A stretch of 63,308 nucleotides of DNA, filler included, from Choristocarpus tenellus KU-1152 (Eukaryota > Protista > Phaeophyceae): NCBI GenBank assembly GCA_964200185.2. It is 10 parts of 10 records of this genome, joined end to end, with 100 filler letters (N's around TTAATTAATTAA, not from the genome) between each part and the next. Parts side by side here need not be neighbours in the genome. Positions count along the whole stretch, not along the records: positions 50,892 to 56,424 come from CAXNAD020010498.1; positions 56,525 to 59,425 come from CAXNAD020023795.1; positions 59,526 to 63,308 come from CAXNAD020017951.1; 7 more parts are not named here. The stretch is one strand, 5' to 3'. The notes beneath the pieces are model-generated. The model was not told where the DNA came from. It made no database searches and worked only from the letters and a program-made list of their open reading frames with translations. The position numbers and the translations under genes were made by a program. Below are positions 53,030 to 63,308 of this stretch, piece by piece; the stretch's first letter is position 1; the number at the start of each line of letters is the position of its first letter.

Positions 53030-54530
53030 CTTCAATTGATGTAGCCAACCCACCATCCTGCTGCTCTAACTCTAACTCGTTCCCCCCCCAGCGCCCTTTG
53101 CACCTGACGGTACCTCTTAGACAGACTCTGCCCCACCCTCTCGACCATATCTACATCATATGTGTGACGCTTGCTTGAAGCCCCCTCTACAAGTTCATCA
53201 AAGATACCATAATGCTCTGCCAAAATCCTGATATCTTCAAAGATGAAAAAAAACTCCATTGATGTTGAGATCTGGAAATTGCGCTGGCTGCGTCATGAGC
53301 TTAATGTCCTATCCCTCCTCCATCACTGCTGCATTCGGCTTCTGCACCGTGCCCTTGCCCGTATGTGTGGTCATGCCGTCCTGCTGTATCGAGGCCCCCT
53401 CTGATTCCAGTCACAGCATTATTTCCTTAGTCGCTGGCAGCAGCTGCTCCTCGCCCTTCATGTGTGTCGTTTTGTAGTCTGTTGTGCCTCCTTCATAACA
53501 CAAACCTACCAGATCCCAATCTTGCCATCGAGATCATGGGAAGGATACGCGTGCGAAAGGGTGCAGATGAACACTACTTTAGGAATATGAACTATTGTGC
53601 TGCACCTTCATCGAGCTCACCTTTTCCTCCCCCCCGGAACATGTGCACCGTATCTAGTTCAATGATGAGATAGAACCACGCCTCATTAATGTGAATGGTA
53701 TTGAGGTCAGTCATGTATGTTTTGCGGTTGTGGAAGATCTGATGGAGGATAAAGTCCACCTTGTTCTTGTAAGAAAGCGAAAGGCAACATACCACGCACC
53801 GACTGTACAACACAATGAATGATAGCAGTGTTGATCATATTAATGAGAATAGTAATTAAACTATCATAGTAGTATATACTATATATAGACTCATTAAACA
53901 TTATGTAGTACTAGTGTGATAATATAAGGGGTCATTGGGCATATGAACCTTGGGTCGCATTGAAGCTACTGTAGATTGCCCCAACATCTTCACAGGATTT
54001 CATGCAGGAGGCAGTGGAGTCTAACCTGCTCCATTGATTATATAGGGGTGACTCGCCACTGAACCCTTATTGCCCCCATGACTTCGATTCAGCAATGAAG
54101 CTTTGAGCTGCCGACTTCATGGCCTGCTTCAGCAAGTTTGGTGGGTAGATAGTCAATGGTCAGCATGTGATTGCTAGTGTTGATTTCCCAGATCTTCGCT
54201 TGTTTGGTTGCCCGAAAATCTGATGGCCGTCCAGATCATGCTTGTGATCTCAGGGAGACAGTATTCCTTCCCCCTATCAAACTGTTCTTTGATGCGCACC
54301 CACACCCGTCTAGGGTGCCTTTCTCCCACTCCAAACGCTTTCACCAATTTACCCCACACCCACCGGGAGCTGCTCATGACCTGGAGGAAGAGCCAATGCA
54401 TCATGCAGAGCAAGTGTACTTCCTCCTTCAGCTTCAAGTTCTTTCCCCGGGACAGTGGGCTTTGTGCCGGGGACAATATGCCATGGGGGTTGTGGGAGTG
54501 TTGTGCGGCTCCATGCTGCAGCAGGAACAT
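53030..54530 (-). mobile_element. Decayed DD39D mariner element, interrupted near 53815-54060
   Basis: Motifs TIHINEAWFYL, HIPKVVF..DGKIGIW and IQQDG..H..G*DIKLMTQPAQFPDLNIN. There are 39 residues between the QQD Asp and the third catalytic position (now Asn). An HTH-like N-terminal piece lies at ~54060-54460. Confidence 0.85.
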
Positions 54531-55677
54531 TCAAAAATGACAAAATATGTCCTATTCTGTGTTCCATTCTTTTGGAACCACTTCAGAACAGAATTCATTG
54601 TAGAATCCTTTGAAATTTAGTGTATTACTGTAAATATTTAAAGGAATCCAACGCAAAATTCCGTTTTGTAGTAGGTCATCCCAAAGAGGTAAATCATAAC
54701 GGCCCAGACCTATGGGACGGAGGAAGTATTCCGTGCTACAGTTCAGTTCTACTCGTCAAAAGCACTATAACAATATCTTTACCTTTGATCTAGAACTTTT
54801 TTTCGAACAAAGGCTGTGAGGAGTAAGAATACATTAAAGCACACACACGCACGCACAAACTTGCTATTTGTTCCAAAAAATCTCCATGAAATAGTACCCA
54901 CCCAAAGTCAAAATCTGGGGGAACACACACAAGGCTTTGCACCTCTCCTTTTCCCTCTTAACAACGATTGGATTTCACACTGTAACACAAACCTGAAGTC
55001 TACCTACAAAAAAAAAAACATACACAAGTAATTAGTCCACTCACTAATCTATGCAATGTCAACAAAATTTGATTCTTCCCAATAAAGAAATGTGAGACCA
55101 CATAAAAAATCCCCGATTGGACCATTTTTTTATTTGTTGTACTTGCCATAGAATATCCTTACTCACGATGTATGATCCAAGATTTTATTAAGGCAGGAAG
55201 GGCAGTTGCTTGGCAAATGCGGCTATCCCATCGGCAAAATATCACAAAACTGGTACAGACTGTTAGTCTCATTTAAAATTCTGCACGTTTTGAACCAGTT
55301 CCCCTACCCCTCAATCTCATAACAATCATTTGTATAATATACCATTCAACTCTACATGACTAAAATTTGAACATTATACATTCTTCCTAATCTATCCACA
55401 CGGGTCAGATTGTACACAGACATACAATGCCAGATACCTCCATCCTTCTGTCAATTATTGAGATACCGCTGTTTCACCAGGGCTGGTAACTGTACGCAAA
55501 CTATCTTCCCTGGTGGAACAGTGATATCTCAATATTTGAAAATTAGAGGCCAGAGTCCTACCTGGTATAATCCCTGAAACATCACCTCCTAATCTGACAC
55601 CTTTCCAAGGAGTTCATACCAATCTTTACGTTTCCCAATTAGCCTGTACCCAGATCAATCCCTCACAATCAAGTACT

Positions 55678-55936
55678 GAGTCAAAGTAAACGAGAGGTAT
55701 CCAGGTTTTGACTCTTCTGCATTTTGAGTCAACTATTTCACATTTTACAATTCATCCATATGTTGATGGTTGAAGTGCTAAGATTGACTTGAGAGGGTTG
55801 ATTTCTCATTTTCTAAATTATTTCCGACAGAATTACGACAACGTTGTTTACAAATTTGTAAGAAAAGTTTAAGTTTGCACATAATTGTCAGCATCCTTCA
55901 AATGCAACGCTTGGTATCTCTCGTTTACTTTGGCTC
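55678..55936 (+). mobile_element. MITE family C, intact 259-bp copy, TSD ACT
   Basis: TIRs gagtcaaagtaaacgagaggtatcca ... tggtatctctcgtttactttggctc, with act on both flanks. Confidence 0.9.
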
Positions 55937-56299
55937 ACTATCTGCTACCGTAGGATATCAAGAAAGCAGTCCACCATAGATATGAACTTCTGACCAATGA
56001 GCTCTGATTTTGTCAAACACCAATATACCACTGTTCTACTGGATCAGAGAGCCGTCAACAATCATTGAGAAATTTAGAGCCCAAGCTCCTACCCAGCCTT
56101 ATCCATTGGTCATCACCCCATTGATCACGCACTCTCCCTGACAACTTCATCTCAGTCCTCGTGTTTCAATTTGGGCCCTAGCCCTAGACTCTTTTCAACT
56201 CGGCAGCTAGTGCTATTGTGGTCTGGTGTGCCAATGTTGAAGCCCTTGCACACAACATTTCTGTCTTGATCCCCTATGTGTGGGCAAGCTGATTGCATA

Positions 56300-56424
56300 G
56301 AGTGAAACTACCTTAGAGGGTGCGAATTTTTCCCTGTTTATCCATTTGGCTTCCCATGGGTTTTTTTATGACATTTCCGACTCCAAAATGTTTCGGAGTA
56401 GGTAAAATGTGTAAGTTATGAAAG
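56300..56424 (+). mobile_element. MITE family A left half (cut by the contig end)
   Basis: gagtgaaactaccttagagggtgcgaatttttccctgttt... is co-linear with the other family A copies. Confidence 0.85.
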
Positions 56425-57399
56425 NNNNNNNNNNNNNNNNNNNNNNNNNNNNNNNNNNNNNNNNNNNNTTAATTAATTAANNNNNNNNNNNNNNNNNNNN
56501 NNNNNNNNNNNNNNNNNNNNNNNNCCCCCCCCCCCCCAGATACTTTGACCCGGGAGCGATAACTTTATTATCAGGGCCAGAAGAAAGTGACATACGGCAA
56601 TTTTCACATGCCATACGTCCTTTTGTTTAATTAAACATCTTGGAATAACATGCCGATTTTGTAGTGTTGCGAACCGTGGCAAGAAAAGTAGGTCAATTGG
56701 CTTGAGTTCAATTCGTTGGAATAACCGAATAACTGAGCTGAAAAGTTTGGAGGTTCAGCTATTCGGTAGAATATTTTTTCATCAAAGTACAAGTAGTGTG
56801 CATGTGCCAGAGGTCACAACAGAACCACATATTCGTCACAAGGTGTCTTGTACCCATAAATGAGTTAAACCAATTATTGATAGACTCCAGTCGCCCCAAA
56901 AAGAGACTGGGGTTGCTACAAATGGTTCAACTCCTTGCTCGTCAAAGCTGCTCCCACCTTCGGAGAACAGCCACCACATGGTTAATTCCCACATTTAGGG
57001 AAAAGTATCTTGCCTGTCCAAGCCCTGAGGATGTATCGCCAAAACATCGGTGATACTCATGAGCACTCTAGGGTCTTAGGGTAGGTACCCAAAAGGCTCA
57101 TCCTGCTGTTGTCCACGGGACTGCATTGTAGCACCAACACTTGTTTCAATCTAGAGTGTGGAACCCCTGAACCCCGAACTCCCTCATCTTGTACCTCCTC
57201 CTTACTGGAAGAACTAGACCTCCATCTACAGCTTCTTCTTGCAACTCCACTCCACACGGTACTTCATAAAATAAGTAAAAAATACATACAGGAAAAGAAC
57301 AGAACATATATTTTGTATACCTACTACAATAGTACATAGAGGGTGTTTTAGACATTGTTCATTGGAGGAGAAAGGTCGCTATCCTATACTATTGCTACT

Positions 57400-58400
57400 A
57401 TACTACTACTGTGATACATACTACGTAGTATGTACTCCTTCTGGTTCAATAGAATAAACAACCAAATCCTCAACCAAGTCATATACGACCATGGTTCAGG
57501 ATCACCAAGGCCGGTAAAGGGGCCGATTCTCTTGTTTTTGACGATGAATGCTACGTCCACGAGCTCACACGGGTTAAACTCGGCCATCGTGGAGGGAAGC
57601 CAGGCAACACATTGCGTCCCGAGCATGTGGAAGCACTCCAGGCGAGGAAGGCTAGCTTCTTGAGCCTCGTGAGGCCCGAACATTGGAACGCCAGATACTC
57701 CACACGCCTAAATCTATGGCACCTTCTTGTTGAGGCATACCCTAAGTTCATGGAGTGGTGGGAGAAGGGTGACGAATGCAATTTCGAGTCCGCCCACCAA
57801 TTGAAATAGGGCTTCAGTCGTTTCAGTTTTGTTGAAGTATGGGTAGAGTTACAGGTACACTGATTTGTGCATGAGTGTACCTTGCCTTGGTGTCCGTCTA
57901 CCATGTTCATGCACTTTCTGTTCCATGAGTTACGCATTTAGACAGTGGTATCGGATACATTGCTACCAGTCAGAGTCGTCAGCATATCATATATCATGCT
58001 CACATCGAGGATTAGACCTGTGTTATTATTACTTTAAAATAACGTGTCTGCTACAAGGTTTATTAGACAACTAAAATATATCAATCAAACAACTCTTCTC
58101 CATCTTCTCACACAACCTTCCAAACAATTCGCCAGGTCCTGAGATGGATACCCTGTCCTTCTCAAAGCCGCTATTTATTCCTTGAACACTATAACGCACC
58201 TCCCCTCTTCTTCTCAATACTCTATGCACTATCTCATGCTTTGTCCAAGTGTCGACAAACTAGAACCGATACCGTCCTCCTTCGAATCTTGGAGGATCAT
58301 ACACCGAAGTCCATGCACGATGCTCCTAAGCACAGCACCAATCCAGGACCTCTGGAAGTGCACCTTGAACTTCTTTCAGAGAAACGTATGACAATAAACC
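57400..58400 (-). mobile_element. Decayed Tc1/IS630-like transposase remnant
   Basis: VAWLPSTMAEFNPCELV resembles LP.YH.ELNPIELVW; surrounding frames are broken; boundaries approximate. Confidence 0.45.
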
Positions 58401-60554
58401 TTGACCAATAACCACTCGTATACACCTCCAGATTCCGGCCACACCTTACATGAGAGATATAATGCACTAACCCGAAAACAAAACCTGACTTTTTTCCCTT
58501 CCTTCATACTAACAATTTCAACCCTAACACCCTCAGCGACAACCATGTCTTATTACATATTAAACCCAACACATGCACGCAAATAAACGACGTATTACAT
58601 TTAAAATGTACATAATATTATATGTTTCGGCTCCTCGTGTACACACAAGGAGAACAGGCCCAAACTGACAGTCCTCCTTGTGTACACCCCAGACACGACT
58701 CATGCAAGCAAATAAACGAAAAAAAAAAACTCCCAACAGCCCATAATATTTTTTTCAATTCCTCATCCAACAGTGGGAAAACACACCCTAACCGACAGCC
58801 CTCTTTATATGTCAAACAAATCCCACTCATGCAACCAAACAAACCAATATCCAGCCCTGGAACAACCTAACCCATATCTCTTCTTTATCGTAACTGCGCG
58901 ACCACATACATAAACCAATAGTCCAGTTTGAACACACTCGAAATCCGACACATGCAAACGTCGAAACTCCTCATCAAACCCAAATAAATGGTGGCATATA
59001 GTCCCATTCCTCTTGCGTACGCAAGGACAGAAAGGAACCTGACCAACAGCCTTATTTTTTTTGCTGACATTTCATATCCGACACGTGCGACCAAATCACA
59101 CCAAAAAGTGAAAATCGAAAAAAGGGTGAAAAACGGACGCCGGCACCCTCCACCAGATACTTTGCTTAAATAGCTATTTTAGGATGATGCACATGCATTT
59201 CCCTCACTCTAAGGGTTCTGGCTACAATGGATTAAAAGGTTAGAAGAAAATGGGGCACGATAGAAGGATGTAAGGTTAATGATACGCCTACAGTGATTAT
59301 CAGTCATCGTCACTCTTTGAGACAAGTCTGGGTTTGACCCAAAGCATCTGGGAGGGGGGGGGGGGGGCTACACCAAGGTGTCCCTTTGGGGCAAAAACAG
59401 GAAAAGAGAATTTACAGTAACCAGCNNNNNNNNNNNNNNNNNNNNNNNNNNNNNNNNNNNNNNNNNNNNTTAATTAATTAANNNNNNNNNNNNNNNNNNN
59501 NNNNNNNNNNNNNNNNNNNNNNNNNAGTTTTCGCAAAACAACGTTCCTCATAGTCCCGCTCCTCCCTCAATTTTGCGAATCCCCTGTTAAAAGGCGTTAA
59601 AAAGATGTCCGAGAAGCTTTTTTTTTTGTTAGGGCCAATCGCACCATACTTTACACAGGGTATATAACGGACCAATTTTTTGCGAGGATTTAGCCAACCA
59701 CTTCAATTTGTACTTTTTGAGTTTGTGACCATCAAAATTACGTCGGAGTTATTCCCCCGCGTTTTTGCCATTCTTTGATCGGGATGTAGTCCCCGTTCAC
59801 TGGAGTTAATACATTCCTGCATACAAATCTTCAACCCCTCTTGGCATAAGCGTTCATTTGATATACACATATATATATATTGTTGCATACCTCTCCTGGA
59901 CCGACAGTGAAAAAAAGCAAGATTGCCACAGACCGCGAAACTATTGGTAACACTATTTACTTCGAAGTATTTGCATGTGCGACAGACTTTCACGTTCACC
60001 AAGAAATATCAATAGCATGTTTTGAGAGGTGCTACTAGCCACGCTGATGGTGCGTACACTCTACAACAATAGTTAAGTTGTGTACTTCATGGTATTATAG
60101 ACACAGATGTTGTCAATCCGTCGTAGCAAATCGCGTTCGCCAATCAGATTATACCAACTACCTCGAGAGGTGACTGTGCTGGACATATCGGTGGCAACGA
60201 ATTGTCCATCAGGACCCCTACTCTTGTCGAAGAACCCGTTTGAAAATGCTGGTTAATAGTAGTACTGTCACACCCACCGTACAAGCACAATCAAGTAGCA
60301 AAAACAATCGTATTATTATTGGATACCATCATACATGAATTCAATTCCAAAAGTCAAGACAATATCTCGAAGAAAAATGCTAGTAGTGTGAATAATGAAA
60401 TATATGAAGATTGGTGATTGGCCACAATAGTTCCACAGTTTCAGTTTAAAATGAAATCGGATTGTGCATTTTTGGTGGGACAACAACACGCTCACGTAGG
60501 ATCGTGGAATTATGTCCCTCACACAAGGTGTAGAGATGTTGGCGTGATGGGTAG

Positions 60555-62171
60555 ATGATGGGCCTTGAAAGGGAACTCAGCAAGGCGATCGAAATTTTTC
60601 CGGTATGCAGTGCACATGATAGATCGGGGAAACCGCCCAATATACATCAGTCACACCTACACGTAGTTGCTTTCCGCTTGGTTTGAGCACGCCCTCAGAA
60701 TGCTCCATTATCTACTTCCTCCTGCCATATAGCTGATAGTACAAGGTAGTAGACAGTGCACATTGACGAATACCCTCTATAGTTTCTTGATTGTCCTTAA
60801 CCTCTATACATCGATGCCTACCAATTACAGCTCAAGCTGCTACTATCCCCCATCCTCACTTCTTTATTTGTACGTCTTACAGAAAATAAGAACGTGTTTG
60901 CTGTGTACTGCGTTGCATGTCGTTTTGATTGAAGGGCCGCGTCTTCTATGTGATCCTCAGGTCTGACCCACCACAACGGACACTGGGTGCATCTCACTTC
61001 TGGTCGGTGAGCCAATTCTTGTAAGCTTGCGACTGGTTGACGATATCTTGGTCCATCTAACCTCTGAGGAGAAAATGTCTTGAGGATGCAGCGCAGAAAC
61101 GTCTTCTTCGAATTTAATGATAGGTGATCGCTGTTTCCTCCACTAATATCTGTGCAGTGGAGTCCTAGGGGTATGCTTAAGTTGTGTTGGCAGTCGTGGA
61201 TCACACCCTCACACATGGAATGTCCCATGAGTTCTAGTTCCAACATGGGGTGTATGGTGGTTCAAGCCAAACGACCTATCATGCTTGTTGAGGCACTGAT
61301 TGCGCACCTGCCTCCAGGTTGTTAAGTCATGACCCCAACAAACAATTTTTGCTGTCTCTTGCCCAATTGATTACTGCCAACTCACACTCATTTCTACTGC
61401 AGTCCGAGAGCTTCACCTACTGGAATTTTTTCCTCGACTGGGGTCCACTATCTTTGGGAAACCTCTATCACTTCTGTAGGGGGCTGAATGCCAAGCTGAA
61501 CGATGAGCGGCTTATGGGCAAGGTGAGAGGATCTATATGCCTATGCTAGTGAGTGAAAGTATCTTTGAAGGTACGATTTTTTCCCTGTTTGTCCATTTGG
61601 GGCTTGACTTCCCACCATTTTTTTTTCATGATATTTTACATACTCCAAAACGCTTCGGAATAGTTTAAATCTGTACATTATGAAAAGGTGTGTCTGGAGC
61701 AAGGATATTGACACTTCCTAACACACACAACAGTCAAAATTACATCAAAATAGCAACATTGGATTTGGCCCCCAAACAGACGGGGCTCTACCCTCTAAGG
61801 TACTTTGAATCAGTACTAAGGTTGCTGTTCCAGGCAGAGTACCAGTTGTCTTGCTGTTCTCCCCTCTTTCCGTCTTGCATCTACTCCACCTCACCATCCC
61901 CAACTCCATATCTACATCTCTTATACAGTCACTTCCTACTTCAAATGCATACTGTATGGAAGTTTTGACGTTTTCCCACCTCTTTTAAAAGATTAAAAAA
62001 ATTAAATTGCCTTATCCTTCCTATTCCCTTGCTCTCCCATATTGCAATACCCATCGTGCCCCACGTCAGGCCATATATTTCTACTCCTCACCACATGCTC
62101 ACAAGCGAACCAATGCAGCATTCTTGCTCTGTGCCTGGTCGATTCTCTTCCAAGATCAAAGCCCTGAAGAG
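60555..62171 (+). CDS. CDC14: CDC14 dual-specificity phosphatase, N-terminal (DSPn) exons
   Basis: Phase-0 exons 60555-60602, 60935-61006, 61403-61522 and 62070-62171 give MMGLERELSKAIEIFPGRVFYVILRS..YWNFFLDWGPLSLGNLYHFCRGLNAKL..IYFYSSPHAHKRTNAAFLLCAW..SPEE. Confidence 0.9.
61551..61811 (+). mobile_element. MITE family A, intact 261-bp copy in a CDC14 intron, TSD AGT
   Basis: gagtgaaagtatctttgaaggta ... taccctctaaggtactttgaatc, with agt on both flanks. Confidence 0.92.
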
Positions 62172-63308
62172 GTAGTACCAATGTGCCGCCCAAATATTAA
62201 AGAGAATGAGGAGTGTTTCATCCACGGTTCTAGAGCAGGGTGCTTTCACTCTTACGAAAAGGGATTGGTGAGGGCAGAAAAAGATTTATGTCATCCGATG
62301 CCAGTGGATTGAACAATCAATGAGATTTTCTGTTTTTATTGAACCCCATCAATTAAATATAGTCCACAAGAGTATGGCCTCAGCCGATGCGTTGTCAGTT
62401 GCAAGTCTTCCCTTTGATATGGCACTATCTATAGGAAACGCCAGAGTCATGACCCTACTCAGTCAATAGCTCTCAAAGGCAAAGGTTGGTGGGGGCACTG
62501 CTACAGATCAATTTGTGTGAGCCCTCTAGGCCAGGCACAAGGGAACCGCCCTTGCTGGGGAAACACCCCCCTTATGGGAGTCAGAAATACATGCAAGAAT
62601 CACGCAGTGAACGGGCACATCCATGTTGTGATTCCTCCAAAGCATTTCTGAGTCCCTCAATGCGGGGGATGGCTATCCCAGCAGGGGTGGTTCCTAGTGC
62701 ATGCACACCTAATCTTCTCCGTTTTATTGTGTGATTCACATGTAAAATGTACATCTGATCTCAAGGCGGAGGACTGGTGATTTGAGATTGATTTGATTTC
62801 AAGTGTGAAGAAAGTATTGCGCCTTTGTCTCATTCTGTCAAGTCCAAGGAAGTGTCCGATATGTCGATTACTACTGCACCCCTTGTATTCACACAGCTCT
62901 CTTGTGTGAAGGAGAAAGATAAAGGCGGTAACATGATAAACACAGAGTAGAGTCTTTGACGACAAGTATAGGGTTGTTGGGTTATTCTTCAAAGCCATGG
63001 TAAGCTATTCGTTATCCTTAGGATAGGAGCACCTACTATACCGCATTTTCGGGGCCTATGCCCATTTGCAGATGCTAATTACTTGTGACTACTGCAGATG
63101 ATGGTGGCTCAGTTTAGAAGACTCATTATTAATTCACTTGAGCTCGTGAATGAAGCTGTTGTTGGATGTTATAGGCACACATGTGTACAAAATTCTTTTG
63201 GAGCTCTCGGAAAGTTTTCTGATGTTACTATTGATAATCGATTTTTCTTTGATTTGTTGGATACTCCTCATCATCTGTGACCCAAAGTATCTGAGGGGGG
63301 GGGGGTTG

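Noticed and set aside
53100-53600. In-frame TAG codons suggesting a reassigned genetic code
   Set aside because: They occur only in decayed transposases that also have frameshifts; intact exons contain no internal stops.
15021-59525. Repeated TTAATTAATTAA motif flanked by Ns, and apparent gene clustering across these blocks
   Set aside because: Artificial six-frame-stop linkers between unrelated contigs; no biological synteny can be inferred.
60200-60660. Weak piggyBac-like motifs on the minus strand
   Set aside because: Overlaps the better-supported first CDC14 exon, and the motifs are too degenerate.

Overview
This is eukaryotic, intron-rich genomic DNA with GT-AG introns. A photosynthetic stramenopile or brown-algal relative is my guess, by inference only. 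The window is not contiguous: it is 10 short contigs joined by artificial 100-bp N44-TTAATTAATTAA-N44 linkers, so synteny across linkers means nothing. Hand-spliced genes: a SNF5/SMARCB1-family subunit, ribosomal protein eL42 (RPL36A/RPL44), a B-box/C2/FKBP multidomain protein, a PCID2-like PCI protein, 3-isopropylmalate dehydrogenase, class I fructose-bisphosphate aldolase, a CNNM/DUF21-CBS protein, CDC14 phosphatase and one unknown gene. The rest is decayed transposons (DD39D mariner, Tc1-like, Copia, probably piggyBac), a clan of MITEs sharing G(A/G)GT(C/G)AAA-like termini with 3-bp target duplications, and minisatellites. Three signals stand out. (1) An FKBP domain is split in two by a ~560-aa insert carrying two Ca2+-type C2 domains. 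(2) Short perfect TTAGGG tracts are strongly over-represented, and two MITE copies have the same TIR position rewritten into telomere repeat, suggesting telomerase-templated repair or mutagenesis at internal sites. (3) A poly-G-bearing element lies at many contig ends.
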